Position numbers and translations under genes: made by a program | NCBI GenBank assembly: GCA_002269645.1 | Contig: NIVC01000432.1 | Coordinates: 186,001 to 250,000 of the forward strand | Direction of reading: 5' to 3' | From: Macrostomum lignano | Lineage: Eukaryota | Length of the DNA: 64,000 nucleotides | In this document: piece after piece, positions 22,633 through 36,091 of the stretch | How the letters are laid out: every line of letters starts with the position of its first letter | Position numbering within the stretch: the stretch's first letter is position 1 | The notes under the pieces: model-generated | What the model was told of the DNA's origin: nothing | The model's input: only the letters and a program-made list of their open reading frames with translations | Database searches by the model: none

Positions 22633-23559
22633 GGTCACAGAGAATGCTTCGAACAGCCTATCTTAACAGTAGAAAGACCCCGACTACGTGGACCTACGTG
22701 GACTAGCTAGTCGGGGCCGCGTGGTGGCACTCCGTTGAAGGTCCCGAACGTCGCTTGTATGTCTACAGGTCAACCTAGAGGGTCGCCGTCGTCCATTTCA
22801 TTCACCGATTATGTCTACTGACTGAATGCTGTATACAGAAGAGGATTCTTCCATTTCAGTTTTGGGAACGCAGCCGTCTCTGCGATGCCGATCGGGTGCT
22901 TTTGTTGAAGGTCCCGACGGTCGCCGCCGATGCTCCAGACGGTGATGAAGGGGACCCTAGTTCCTGGGATGCTGAGAACAAAGGCCTTTACGACTGATAT
23001 GCATAGTTTCCTGAGCCGACGTGGTTTCATGATGAGATTTTGTGAACAGAAAAAATTTGCCATTGTTGGTGGTATTGCTTCATCGAATAGAGCGGAAAAT
23101 TTTAGCCAGTGTTCTGGATTTTGATGGCAATTGGTTGAATATTTTCGGAGATCCAGACAAAAGAAAAATGTGTGTATTTGAAATACACCTCCCATGGTCT
23201 TTCTATTGTTAATAAATATCTAAATTACATTTTAACATTCTGGTCCAATTCGGAGTAGACAAAAGATCGACCAAAAAATTGTCAGTCAATCAGCAGTCAT
23301 TCGGTTAAAATTGAAGTACAAACTGGTCTAACGTGTTAAGTGATTTATTTTGTTTATTTACGAGTATAATTGTTGTTTCGTTGATCGGCAAAGTTGGTCG
23401 TGGAAGTATTTGGAATGAGTTGAAAATTTGTTAGAACAATGCTCGCAACTGGGGATTACATTAAAGAACAGAAATTGAAGCGATATGATTTTATGTACTT
23501 TCAATTACGATGGAGCCGATTGAGAGTGGAAATAATTATCGCTAGGGAATCTAGAGATG

Positions 23560-24150
23560 GAGTCCTAGGGATGGGGTCTTGGGATGAGCATTTGGGATAG
23601 GGATCTTGGCATTAGATTCGAGGATGGGATCATGAGATGGGGATCTTGGGATAGGGATTTTGGGATGGGATCTTAGGTTGGGGATTTTGGGATAAGGATC
23701 TTAGGTTGGGGATTTTGAAATGGGGATTTTGGGAAGGAAATCTTGGGATGGGGTCTTGGGATGAGATTCAAAGATTGGGGTCTTGGGGTGAGATTCAAAG
23801 ATTGGGTTCTTGGGATGAGATTCAAAGATGGGGATCTTGGAATGATCTTAGGATGGGGATTTTGGTATGAGGATCTTAGGTTGGGGATTATGGGATGAGG
23901 ATCTTAGAATGGCGATTTTGGGATGGGGATTTTGGGATGGAAATCTTGGGATGGGGATTTTGGGATGGGGTCTTGGGATGAGATTCAAAGATAGGGGTCT
24001 TGAGATGAGATTCAATGATGGGGATCTTAGGATGGGGATTTTGGGATGGGGTCTTGGGAAGAGATTCAAAGATGGGGATCTTCATATGGGATATGAGATG
24101 AGATTGTGTGATGAGACTAAGGAATGTGACCTAGCGATTGGGATAAAGAT
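23560..24150. repeat. Degenerate GGGAT-rich low-complexity repeat (ggggattttgggat-type units)
   Basis: Direct reading. Confidence 0.85.
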
Positions 24151-24719
24151 CTAGGGATGATGTTTAAAAATGGGGATTTAGGCTAGCTCTAGGGTTGAGA
24201 TGAAGATATTGAGAATGTTTTCATGGCTGCATAAATAAAGCTACATACAATGTTGGAAGACAATGATTAGCAAAAATGTTAAACAAATATTAACTAAAGA
24301 GACAGCTGCAAAAAACGTATTTAACTTGTGCCAGACAGAAATTTGTCGCTCACTGAAAGCAAAACAGTAGAAGAACTACTACAAATGGCTCGGCACTTAG
24401 TAGCCTACTGAATTATAGATGAGTTTGTGACCGCAAACACAGGGCACACGCGAATACATCACATTTTGTTGGCACTCAGTTGGCAGATACAGTGCACTAA
24501 GTATCAAGGTGTGGTTTAACCGTAAAATTATCTTTTTAAACAATTAGTGCAGAAGCAGTGGGCGTTACTAACAGTAGAGTGAAACGGGCGATCTAGTAAA
24601 ATTTGATCAAGCAAATAATTATTTAAACACGAAAGGCTCACGGAGCCTGAGGATTAAGATTATTATGGATTGATTTAAGCAGCATTCTTCAACCATTCAG
24701 GATTTGATAAAATTAGTAA

Positions 24720-26418
24720 AGAGCCTGAATGATTCATGACGAGCCTGAATGATTCATGACGAGCCTGAATGATTCAGGACGAGCCTGAATGATTCAGGAC
24801 GAGCCTGAATGATTCAGGACGAGCCTGAATGATTCAGGACGAGCCTGAATGATTCAGGACGAGCCTGAATCATTCATGATGAGCCTGAATGATTCACGAC
24901 GAGCCTGAATGATTCATGACGAGCCTGAATGATTCATGACGAGCCTGAATGATTCATGATGAGCCTGAATGATTAATGACGAGCCTGAATGATTCAGGAC
25001 GAGCCTGAATGATTGATGGCCAGCCTGAATGATTAATGACGAGCCTGAATGATTCATGACGAGCCTGAATGATTCATGACGAGCCTGAATGATTCAGGAC
25101 AAGCCTGAATGATTCATGACGAGCCTGAATGATTCAGGACAAGCCTGAATGATTCATGACGAGCCTGAATGATTGATGGCCAGCCTGAATGATTAATGAC
25201 GAGCCTGAATGATTCATGACGAGCCTGAATGATTGATGGCCACCCTGAATGATTCATGACGAGTCCGAATGATTCATGACGAGCCTGAACGATTCATGAC
25301 GAGCCTGAACGATTCATGACGAGCCTGAATGATTCATGACGAGCTTGAATGATTCATGAGTCTGAATGATTCAAGACGAGCCTGAATGATTCATGACGAG
25401 CCCGAATGATTCATGACGAGTCTGAATGATTTATGACGAGCCTGAATGATTTATGGCCAGCCTGAATGATTCATGACGAGCCTGAATGATTCATGACAAG
25501 CTTGAATGATTCATGACGAGCCTGAATGATTCATGACAAGCTTGAATGATTTATGGCCAGCCTGAATGATTTATGACGAGCCTGAATGATTCAAGACGAC
25601 CCCGAATGATTCATGACGAGCCTGAATGATTCATGAGTCTGAATGATTCATGACGAGTCTGAATGATTCATGACGAGCCCGAATGATTCATGACGAGTCT
25701 GAATGATTTATGACGAGCCTGAATGATTCATGACGAGCCTGAATGATTCAGGACGAGCCTGAATGATTCAAGACGAGCCTGAATGATTCATGACGAGCTT
25801 GAATGATTCATGACAAGCTTGAATGATTCATGACGAGCCCGAATGATTCATGACGAGCCTGAACGATTCATGACGAGCCTGAACGATTCATGACGAGCCT
25901 GAACGATTCATGACGAGCCTGAATGATTCATGAGTCTGAATGATTCAAGACGAGCCTGAATGATTCATGACGAGCCCGAATGATTCATGACGACCCCGAA
26001 TGATTCATGACGAGCCTGAACGATTCATGACGAGCCTGAATGATTCATGACGAGCTTGAATGATTCATGAGTCTGAATGATTCAAGACGAGCCTGAATGA
26101 TTCATGACGAGCCCGAATGATTCATGACGACCCCGAATGATTCATGACGAGCCTGAACGATTCATGACGAGCCTGAATGATTCATGACGAGCTTGAATGA
26201 TTCATGAGTCTGAATGATTCAAGACGAGCCTGAATGATTCATGACGAGCCCGAATGATTCATGACGACCCCGAATGATTCATGACGAGCCTGAATGATTC
26301 ATGACGAGCCTGAATGATTTATGACGAGCCTGAATGATTAATGACGAGCCTGAATGATTCAGGACGAGCCTGAATGATTGATGGCCAGCCTGAATGATTC
26401 AGGACGAGCCTGAATGAT
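24720..26418. repeat. 20-bp minisatellite (gagcctgaatgattcatgac), about 85 copies, with a 137-bp higher-order block
   Basis: Direct reading; the 17-bp deletion variant catgagtctg recurs at about 25929, 26066 and 26203. Confidence 0.97.
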
Positions 26419-26610
26419 ATTGTAGATTTGGTAGGCTTGGATTCATAGACGCTGAAGCACTTAAGGCTTTTGTCTTGTAACTGTGTACTGGATCAATGTT
26501 AGACATAATTATAGAACAGAAGATATCAATAGCAAACGAATTGGTGCTTTATATTTATCAATCATCAATTATCAATACGGCCACTGGGTTACTGGAAATC
26601 AATGGGAAAA

Positions 26611-26969
26611 TTATCCCACACCAGTGGAGCGCCGATTAACAATGCCGAACACGGTCTCCCAGTCGAACTCTTCGTAAGTTTGAGTTTCCATCTCGCAGCC
26701 GGCAAAGCCGCTGCCGAACGCGTCGTTAGTTTGAGTCTCCATGTCGAGCAGCTGCTCAAGCGGATCTGGGCCAGCCTGAATGCCCAGAGTGATGGGCGGT
26801 GAGGCGCCGGAGCCAACGCAGACGCCTTGAGTTATGCCGGAATTGTTGGATTGAGACGATTGAGTCGCCTGCTGTTGCTGCTGCTGCTGCTGATAAGAGT
26901 ACTGGACCCCAACAGAGTAACCATCCGTAGCAATAGGAGAAGTGTACTCTGTCTGAGTATGCATAGTGC

Positions 26970-27000
<31 letters not shown>

Positions 27001-29373
27001 ATTGGAATCTTGAAATGACACAACAGCAAAATTGGAACAGCTGGAGCCCCGGAAGCTGGCATGATCGTGCACCATCACTGGGCCAGTGTGATGATGCGCC
27101 CTGTACAGCATTGGCTGCTGCTGGCTGTACAGGTAAGACGGCGGGTGAAACTCATTAGTCAGGGCCAAGTCTGTCTGGCAGGCTCGGGTCTCAGTTGGCA
27201 GCGGCCGGGGCACCAGCGGCCGGTAGCGGCTTGTTGGGCCCGATGCATTGTTAGCATTAGCGCTGGCGTTAGCGCTGCTGGCAGCCGTAGCTTTAGCCGC
27301 GGCGGCAGCCGCATCAGCTGAGACGGACATCACCGAGGCTGAGGGAGCGCCGCCGCCAAGGCCGGTGAGCACAATCACCAGGTTCATTGGCTTTGGCGAC
27401 TCACTGACGGCCGGAGCACTGGCGAGCGACGCGCTGACGTCGCCACCGAAGCCGCTGGCTGCGGCGGGACTCTGGACAACTCGATCGTCCAGATCAACGT
27501 CTTCGGCGTTGCCAGTCCGCCGCTGTTCATTCTTCAGTCCACGGCACTGCGGCCTGCGTCGTTGGCGCTGATTGAAGATGCTGTTAGCGCCGTGGCCAGT
27601 CTTCTTGAAGTGGCTGCGCAAGTTTTTCAAATCCCGATAGAACCGGGAGCACTCTTCGCAATTGAAGAATCTGCCGCAGTCGCGCAGGTGAAGGCTGAGC
27701 AGAGAGTCGGATGGGAAGCGGCGGGAACAGTAGCGGCACTGGGATTTCTTCTCCACGTGCTTCCAGCTGTAGTGCTGCGGGATTGAGCGTTTGGAAATTG
27801 TTTAAGGGACTCCCTGCTGACACTGCCAGGGAGGAATTCCCTGCTGACACTGCTAGGGGGATTCCCGGCTGACACAGCTAGGGGGGATTCCCTGCTGAAA
27901 CTTCTGGGGGATTTCCTACTGACACTGCTGACACTTGAATTCCCTGCTGACACTGCTAATGGGATTCCCGGCTGACACTGCTGGAGGAATTCCCTGCTGA
28001 CACTGCTAGGGGGATTCCCGGCTGACACTGCTAGGGGGATTCCCGGCTGACACTGCTAGGGGGATTCCCGGCTGACACTGCTAGGGGATTCCCTGCTGAC
28101 ACTGTTGGGGTGCTAGGGGGATTCCGTGCTGACACTGCTAGGGTGCTAGGGGGATTCCCTGCTGACACTGCTAGGGGGTTTCCCGGCTGACACTGCTAGA
28201 GGAATTCCCAGCTGACACTGCTAGGGGGATTCCCGGCTGAAACTTCTGGGGGATTTCCTGCTGACACTGCTAGGGGGATTCCCTGCTGACACTGCTAGGG
28301 GGGATTCCCTGCTGACACTGATAGGGGGGATTCCCTGCTGACACTGCTAGGAGGGATTCCTTGCTGATACTGCTAGGGGGATTCCCTGCTGACACTGCTA
28401 GGAGGATTCCCTGCTGACACTGCTAGGAGGATTCCCTGCTGACACTGCTAGGAGGATTCCCGGCTGACACTGCTAGGAGGATTCCCGGCTGACACTGTTG
28501 GGGTGGGGATTCCCTGCTGACACTGCTAGGGAGGATTCCCGGCTGACACTGCTAGGGGGATTCCCGGCTGACACTGCTAGGGGATTCCCTGCTGACACTG
28601 TTGGGGTGCTAGGGGGATTCCGTGCTGACACTGCTAGGGTGCTAGGGGGATTCCCTGCCGACACTGCTAGGGGGATTCCCGGGTGACACTGCTAGAGGAA
28701 TTCCCAGCTGACACTGCTAGGGGGATTCCCGGCTGACACTGCTACGCGGATTCCTTGCTGACGCTGCTAGAGGGATTCCCGGCTGACACTGTTCGGGTGG
28801 GGATTCCCTGCTGACACTGCTAGGGGGATTCCCTGCTGACACTGCTAGGGGGGATTCCCTGCTGAAACTTCTGGGGGATTTCCTGCTGACACTGCTAGGG
28901 GGGATTCCCTGCTGACACTGCTAGGGGGGATTCCCTGCTGACACTGCTAGGGGGATTCCCTGCTGACACTGCAGGGAATTCCCTGCTGACACTGCCGTGG
29001 GGATTCTGTATCTCATCTCACACGAAGCCGAAAATAAAAAACATCTAACCTGTTTAACTCTAGACAGAGTTGTAAAAAACTCTCCCCGCAACTCGCTATA
29101 CGGACAGTTGATCTCCGGACAATGGTAGCGCTTGATTTCCGGAGCCGCTGACACGGCCGCGGCCAGAGCGGCGCTCGGATCAGAGCAGCGGTGAGTCTTG
29201 ACCATGTGGAAGCGCAGATTGCTAGTGGAACGGAATGGCAAATTGCACAGAGTGCATACTAGCGGAAATTCCGGACAGCTGAACTCTCTAATGAGCTCGG
29301 CTTTTGTTGGAGTGATTTTCAGTACAGCTGGCTGCTGCCGCTGTTGATCACCATCCCCCTGGCCGGGAAGCAT
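26611..29373 (-). CDS. ATMIN: ATM interactor / ASCIZ zinc-finger transcription factor (about 495 aa)
   Basis: Exons 29373-29050 (VKQ|GTTAGA) and 27774-26611 (cccgcAG|HYSWKHVEKK). Four ASCIZ-type zinc fingers (CTLC..HMVKTH; YHCPEINCP..VKQHY..H; CRYC..H..DC; CEEC..HFKKTGH) and C-terminal TQT LC8-binding motifs. Confidence 0.9.
27806..28990. repeat. 25-bp minisatellite (ccctgctgacactgctagggggatt) filling the ATMIN intron
   Basis: Direct reading; occupies about 1.18 kb of a 1275-bp intron. Confidence 0.96.
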
Positions 29374-29444
29374 GCTAGTCAGCGTCTGTTAACTCGCTGC
29401 ACAGTTGGCAACTTCAGGCAATAACAGAAATTTAAAGCAGCCTG

Positions 29445-31222
29445 CACTGGGGTGTTTTATGGGTGGGGTTGCGTCGGGAGCAGTGTACACTGGTCTGTTT
29501 TATGGGTGGGGTTGCGTCGGGAGCAGTGTGCACTGGGGTGTTTTATGGGTGGGGTTGCGTCGGGAGCAGTGTGCACTGGGGTGTTTTATGGGTGGGGTTG
29601 CGTCGGGAGCAGTGTACACTGGGGTGTTTTATGGGTGGGGTTGCGTCGGGAGCAGTGTACACTGGGGTGTTTTATGGATGGGGTTGTGTCGGGAGCAGTT
29701 TACACTGGGGTGTTTTATGGGTGGGGTTGCGTCGGGAGCAGTGTGCACTGGGGTGTTTTATGGGTGGGGTTGCGTCGGGAGCAGTGTACACTGGGGTGTT
29801 TTATGGATGGGGTTGTGTCGGGAGCAGTTTACACTGGGGTGTTTTATGGGTGGGGTTGCGTCGGGAGCAGTGTGCACTGGGGTGTTTTATGGCTGGGGTT
29901 GTGTCGGGAGCAGTGTGCACTGGGGTGTTTTATGGGTGGGGTTGCGTCGGGAGCAGTGTGCACTGGGGTGTTTTATGGGTGGGGTTGCGTCGGGAGCAGT
30001 GTACACTGGGGTGTTTTATGGATGGGGTTGTGTCGGGAGCAGTTTACACTGGGGTGTTTTATGGGTGGGGTTGCGTCGGGAGCAGTGTGCACTGGGGTGT
30101 TTTATGGCTGGGGTTGTGTCGGGAGCAGTGTGCACTGGGGTGTTTTATGGGTGGGGTTGCGTTGGGAGCAGTGTACACTGGGGTGTTTTATGGGTGGAGT
30201 TGCGTCGGGAGCAGTGTACACTGGGGTGTTTTTTGGGTGGGGTTGTGTCGGGAGCAGTGTACACTGGGGTGTTTTATGGGTGGGGTTGCGTCGGGAGCAG
30301 TGTACACTGGGGTGTTTTATGGATAGGGTTGTGTCGGGAGCAGTGTACACTGGGGTGTTTTATGGGTGGGGTTGTGTCGGGAGCAGTGTGCACTGGGGTG
30401 TTTTATGGGTGGGGTTGCGTCGGGAGCAGTGTACACTGGGCTGTTTTATGGGTGGGGTTGCGTCGGGAGCAGTGTGCACTGGGGTGTTTTATGGGTGGGG
30501 TTGTGTCGGGAGCAGTGTGCACTGGGGTGTTTTATGGGTGGGGTTGCGTTGGGAGCAGTGTACACTGGGGTGTTTTATGGGTGGGGTTGCGTAGGGAGCA
30601 GTGTACACTGGGGTGTTTTATGGATGGGGTTGCGTCGGGAGCAGTGTACACTGGGGTGTTTTATGGATGGGGTTGCGTCGGGAGCAGTGTGCACTGGGGT
30701 GTTTTATGGGTGGGGTTGCGTCGGGAGCAGTGTGCACTGGTGTGTTTTATGGGTGGGGTTGCGTCGGGAGCAGTGTGCACTGGTGTGTTTTATGGCTGGG
30801 GTTGTGTCGGGAGCAGTGTACACTGGGGTGTTTTATGGCTGGGGTTGCGTCGGGAGCAGTGTGCACTGGGGTGTTTTATGGGTGGGGTTGCGTAGGGAGC
30901 AGTGTACACTGGGGTGTTTTATGGATGGGGTTGCGTCGGGAGCAGTGTACACTGGGGTGTTTTATGGATGGGGTTGCGTCGGGAGCAGTGTGCACTGGGG
31001 TGTTTTATGGGTGGGGTTGCGTCGGGAGCAGTGTGCACTGGTGTGTTTTATGGCTGGGGTTGTGTCGGGAGCAGTGTACACTGGGGTGTTTTATGGCTGG
31101 GGTTGCGTCGGGAGCAGTGTGCACTGGGGTGTTTTATGAGGTGGGGTTGTGTCGGGAGCAGTGTACACTGGGGTGTTTTATGGATGGGGTTGTGTCGGGA
31201 GCAGCCTACACTGGGGTGTTTG
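29445..31222. repeat. 43-bp G-rich minisatellite (cgtcgggagcagtgtacactggggtgttttatgggtggggttg), about 41 copies
   Basis: 43-bp period; many units carry the palindrome CAGTGTACACTG and all carry four G-runs. Confidence 0.97.
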
Positions 31223-32017
31223 TGGAATAAGCTTTTGTTAATTTAATATAGAATAAATTTAATACTTGGTGTCTAGAAATTTCTAGTGTTTTGAATTCCT
31301 CAGTAACGAAACAATAATCACCTAAACGAAGTGTTGCGCTGAAACTGTCAAGGATGCAACATAAAACTTACGCGAGAAGGAGAGTAAAGCATACAAACTA
31401 AAACGAAATATTACCATAAACTTGAACTAAAACACTATTAAAAAGTAGGACGACAAAAAGCAAAACAATTAATCGATTTAATGAACTCGCCAGTTTATTG
31501 AGATTAATATTAACTTAAATTCGAATAATAATAATGAAACAGTAGTGATAAAGATAATAGTAATAGTAATGATAATATGAATAATAGGCTCACCTCACAC
31601 TCGAACAGTTATCATACTAACAGTGAAATCTGCTGCCGCTTATTAAATAATATCCATAATTTTGCTTCTATTCTGCCGATAATGATACACTACATAAAAA
31701 CAACTGACGCACAAGCATGGCTTTGCGCTCATACACAACAATTAGCGATAAAAACTACTGGAATGAACTTAAACAGTTTGCATTATATGCCCGCAGCAAT
31801 GCTTAAACAAGAAAACAGGAGTACACAGAAAGGCCACAAGCAAGCTTAAACAGGAAAAATTGAAAACCTGAAAAACTGGCTGAATAACTTTTCTATCTTT
31901 GATCGCACTTCAACTTTTTATTGGCACCAATTCGAAGGACAAATAACAAATAATAAAAATGAACCTGCTTGCATCAAATGGAAGCATTTTTATGTGTCAA
32001 CAGGCCAGAATCGGAAG

Positions 32018-32445
32018 GAGTTGTGTCGGGAGCAGTGTACACTGGGGTGTTTTATGGGTGGGGTTGTGTCGGGAGCAGTGTGCACTGGGGTGTTTTATGG
32101 GTGGGGTTGTGTCGGGAGCAGTGTGCACTGGGGTGTTTTATGGGTGGGGTTGTATCGGGAGCAGTGTACACTGGGGTGTTTTATGGCTGGGGTTGTGTCG
32201 GGAGCAGTGTGCACTGGGGTGTTTTATGGGTGGGGTTGCGTCGGGAGCAGTGTGCACTGGGGTGTTTTATGGGTGGGGTTGCGTCGGGAGCAGTGTACAC
32301 TGGGGTGTTTTATGGGTGGGGTTGTGTCGGGAGCAGTGTACACTGGGGTGTTTTATGGGTGGGGTTGTGTCGGGAGCAGTGTGCCCTGGGGTATTTTATG
32401 GGCGGGATTGGGGTTGTGTCCGGAGCAGTGTGCACTGGGGAGTTT
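32018..32445. repeat. Second block of the 43-bp minisatellite, about 10 copies
   Basis: Same unit and orientation as 29445-31222, separated by about 800 bp of AT-rich sequence. Confidence 0.96.
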
Positions 32446-32934
32446 GGTCGACACAATGCGTACATTGAAGCTATAAAAAAACAAATTGAGCAACACAAGA
32501 GAAGTTTTTCAAAGAAAACACCTCAGTTAAGATGCAAGAAATCGATGGATATTTTCCGTTAGCATCAGCAGAAACAAAGGAAGACAGTAAGGCGTATTTT
32601 CATAAAAACACAAGCAAATCAACTGATTAATGGTGCACACTCTGCATACTACTTATGGAAGCAGAAGCTACAGAAAACAGTACAAAAAACAATTTGCAGA
32701 GTAAATATAATATTCACAAAAAACGCAGTGCCAACTGATTGAACAGCTCGAATAACTTTTTTCTTAACTACTAATTGAAATAAACAACAGATCACCTTAA
32801 TTTTAATGGACAATAGGAATATCAAACCAAAAACGCAAAATTTTAACACTGGGAAAGTTCGACATAACCCACTCGAGAGGGTAGGAAAATCTGTTAATAT
32901 ACTTTTATTACTAACCTTTGTTGAACGCATACGA

Positions 32935-33310
32935 AGTTCTCAAGCAAGGGTCTAAACCTAGAGTCTGGAAAGGGAACTCAATCAGTGAAACACGGAGTTC
33001 TAAACCCATAGTTTGGAAAGGGAACTCAACCAGTGAAACATGGAGTTCTAAACCCAGAGTTTGGAAAGGCAACCCAACCAGTGAAACATGGAGTTCTAAA
33101 GCCAGAGTCTGGAAAGGGAAATCAACCAGTGAAACATGGAGTTCTAAGCCAGAGTCTAGAAAGGGAACTCAACTAGTGAAACATGGAGTTCTAAACCCAG
33201 AGTCTAGGAAGGGAACTCAACCAGTGAAACATGGAGTTCTAAACTTAGTGTCTGGACAGGGAACCCAAACCGTGAAACACGGGGTTCTAAACATAAGAGT
33301 CTGGAAGGGA
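32935..33310. repeat. 48-bp degenerate minisatellite, about 8 copies
   Basis: Unit ctggaaagggaactcaaccagtgaaacatggagttctaaacccagagt. Confidence 0.88.
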
Positions 33311-33428
33311 AATACAGAATCATAATACTTCAAACAAATTTGTCCTAGTACCAAGTAGTACTATTCAGAGCTAAACCAGAAATACCTGAACAAAACAATC
33401 ACTAAAACAATAACGCCAATGACCCTCG

Positions 33429-34352
33429 CTACAGTTGGGCATGTGCAGGTGGACCAGCAGCAGATGATGTCGCTGAGGAACTGACCATCGTCGCGGTTGT
33501 AATGATTGGCTTAACGTCAACCGGCTGGATGCTAGTAGAAACCGTTACGGATGTAGGAGCGGCAGCGGCGGCAGCTGCAGCGGCCTCCTGATGACTGATG
33601 AAGATCTGCATCGGCTGCTGCTGCTGAGACTGTGACTGAACTTGCAGGCCGGCACTGCCTCCAACCAGCTGGCCACCAGCAGCCGCACCAACTGGCAATT
33701 GGATAACGTATTGAACTGGCGCCGAGCCACCGCCGCTGCTGATCACAGCCGCCATTGTTGATGATGCCGAGGAGCCGGCCGAGGATGAAGTGGACTTATT
33801 AATATTATTATTAGTATTGTGATTATTGTTATTCTTGCTGCTGCTACCGGCGCTGGCGCTGTTATGCCCAGCAATTGCTGTTTGCTGTTGATAATGCGCC
33901 ATCTGATGCTGCTGATGAGGCGGAAGCGACGGCGGCGGCGTATCTCTCGGCACAATGTCGATAAGAAAGTCGAATTGATCAGTTTCCGGATCGCCAACGC
34001 TTAGCGCAATATCGTTACGCTGAAGAGTCCGCCGTCTGGCCCGCTCTGTGTGCATCCAGGCTCGATAGGTGAGCTCGCGAATGAAGATCTCAGCCGCCTT
34101 GGAGAACAATAGCGGGGCCTCGGCTGCGATCATCATAGTCTTAACATCGTCATCTAATTTCATAATCTTTTTGATTCGAGCCAACGGCAACTCCGCGCTT
34201 TTGAATGCAGACAGTTCCGATGGGATGGCTTGAATCGCGCGCATCTCCTGCTCCCAGAAGGTATGATCGCTAACGCGAGTCTGCAGATGCTGCTGTTGTT
34301 GTTGCTGATGCTGCACATGATGAAGCTGATAGGCGGCCGAGCGCTCCGCCAT
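33429..34352 (-). CDS. NFYC: Nuclear transcription factor Y subunit gamma (histone fold), intronless CDS of 307 aa
   Basis: [68 protein letters not shown] is the NF-YC signature, followed by a Q-rich tail. First ATG at 34352; the ORF track starts at a TTG. Confidence 0.92.
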   Translation of the reverse strand: MAERSAAYQLHHVQHQQQQQQHLQTRVSDHTFWEQEMRAIQAIPSELSAFKSAELPLARIKKIMKLDDDVKTMMIAAEAPLLFSKAAEIFIRELTYRAWMHTERARRRTLQRNDIALSVGDPETDQFDFLIDIVPRDTPPPSLPPHQQHQMAHYQQQTAIAGHNSASAGSSSKNNNNHNTNNNINKSTSSSAGSSASSTMAAVISSGGGSAPVQYVIQLPVGAAAGGQLVGGSAGLQVQSQSQQQQPMQIFISHQEAAAAAAAAAPTSVTVSTSIQPVDVKPIITTATMVSSSATSSAAGPPAHAQL

Positions 34353-35054
34353 GGAAACCGGATTAGCAGCAAAGTAGGACCTCAATTAGCAGCAGAATCA
34401 CTATTTAACTACGGGATTGATATATTAAGGATAATGGGGTGGGTTATCTTGGGTTTTCATGGGTTATGAAAACAGTACCAATGCCAAAGAGCAACTTGCG
34501 TCGATCCAGAGTCATTGCAAGCAACACAGGTGAAATAGGAAAGAAGTGACTCTACACGACCCTAAAAAGGACGAGATGTCACGATCGCCAAAAATCATCA
34601 AAGAGTCGCCTAAGAGTTAATTTTCAAATAAAAAGTAAACACTGATCAACAGCAACATCTGCATCAAGATGAAAATCAATATATAAAAATTTATTGATTT
34701 ATTTTATTTTAAAATTGGAACAAAAGTTTGAAATCGGGGACAACAAACGCATGATCTATACGGAATTAGAAAGGATTAGAATGGATGCAAATAATTCTGT
34801 GCTGCGACAACGACTCAATACTCAAGCCAATCGTATAAAAAATGTAAAAGGATAGGATTAAAAAATCTGGTCATGACTTGCATAATGATCTACTATGACT
34901 AATTATATGACGAAATAGAATCGAATTATTCTATGACAAAACTTTTTGAGCCGAGACAATAAGAGAACGATAAATTTATAAAAATTAGCAATTTACTGAA
35001 AAAATCATTTGGCAAAGTAATAAAAATGGCACACAGGTCACGTGTAAAGGGTCC

Positions 35055-36010
35055 ATCGCTAGAATCACTCCGAAGAGTCACTCGCTAGAATCACTCTGAA
35101 GAGTCACTCATTTGAATCACTCCGAAGAGTCACTCATTTGAATCACTCCGAAGAGTCACTCGCTAGAATATCTCCGAAGAGTCACTCGCTAGAATCACTC
35201 CGAAGAGTCACTTGCTAGAATCACTCCGAAGAGTCACCCATTTGAATTACTCCGAAGAGTCACTCGCTAGAATCACTCCGAAGAGTCACCCATTTGAATT
35301 ACTCCGAAGAGTCACTCGCTAGAATCACTCCGAAGAGTCACTCGCTAGAATCACTCCGAAGAGTCACTCACTAGAATCACTCCGAAGAGTCACTCGCTAG
35401 AATCACTCCGAAGAGTCACTTGCTAGAATCACTCCGAAGAGTCACTCATTTGAATCACTCCGAAGAGTCACTCGCTAGAATCACTCCGAAGAGTCACTCG
35501 CTAGAATCACTCCGAAGAGTCACTCACTAGAATCACTCCGAAGAGTCACTCGCTAGAATCACTCCGAAGAGTCACTTGCTAGAATCACTCCGAAGAGTCA
35601 CTCATTTGAATCACTCCGAAGAGTCACTCGCTAGAATCACTCCGAAGAGTCACTCACTAGAATCACTCCGAAGAGTCACTCGCTAGAATCACTCCGAAGA
35701 GTCACTCATTTGAATCACTCCGAAGAGTCACTCGCTAGAATCACTCCGAAGAGTCACTCACTAGAATCACTCCGAAGAGTCACTCGCTAAAATCACTCCG
35801 AAGAGTCACTTGCTAGAATCACTCCGAAGAGTCACTCGCTAGAATCACTCCGAAGAGTCACTTGCTAGAATCACTCCGAAGAGTCACTCATTTGAATCAC
35901 TCCAAAGAGTCACACAAGCAAGGGATCACTCTAAAGAGTCACTCGTTAAAATCACTCTAAAGAATCACTCGCTAGAATCACACGAGAAAAAACACTCCGA
36001 AGTATCACTC
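35055..36010. repeat. 26-bp minisatellite (gaagagtcactcgctagaatcactcc), about 36 copies
   Basis: Direct reading; the unit holds two related halves, gagtcactc and gaatcactc. Confidence 0.96.
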
Positions 36011-36091
36011 CGGTTTTTTTAATCAAACATATTAATCCCATGAAACTCGCAAAGTTATCTGTCAGTTCTTCCAACACATCAATATTTCGAA

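Noticed and set aside
22815-23195. 126-aa minus-strand ORF
   Set aside because: No recognisable motif or splice support, and the composition is unlike the GC-rich genes here.
24720-26418. Palindrome-containing arrays as possible CRISPR arrays (also 7826, 29445 and 35055)
   Set aside because: Units are contiguous with no unique spacers, no cas genes are present, and the context is eukaryotic.
29405-31246. Long ORFs (up to 496 aa) with Cys/Gly/Trp periodicity
   Set aside because: They are translations of the 43-bp array, open in all three frames because the unit has no stop codon on that strand.
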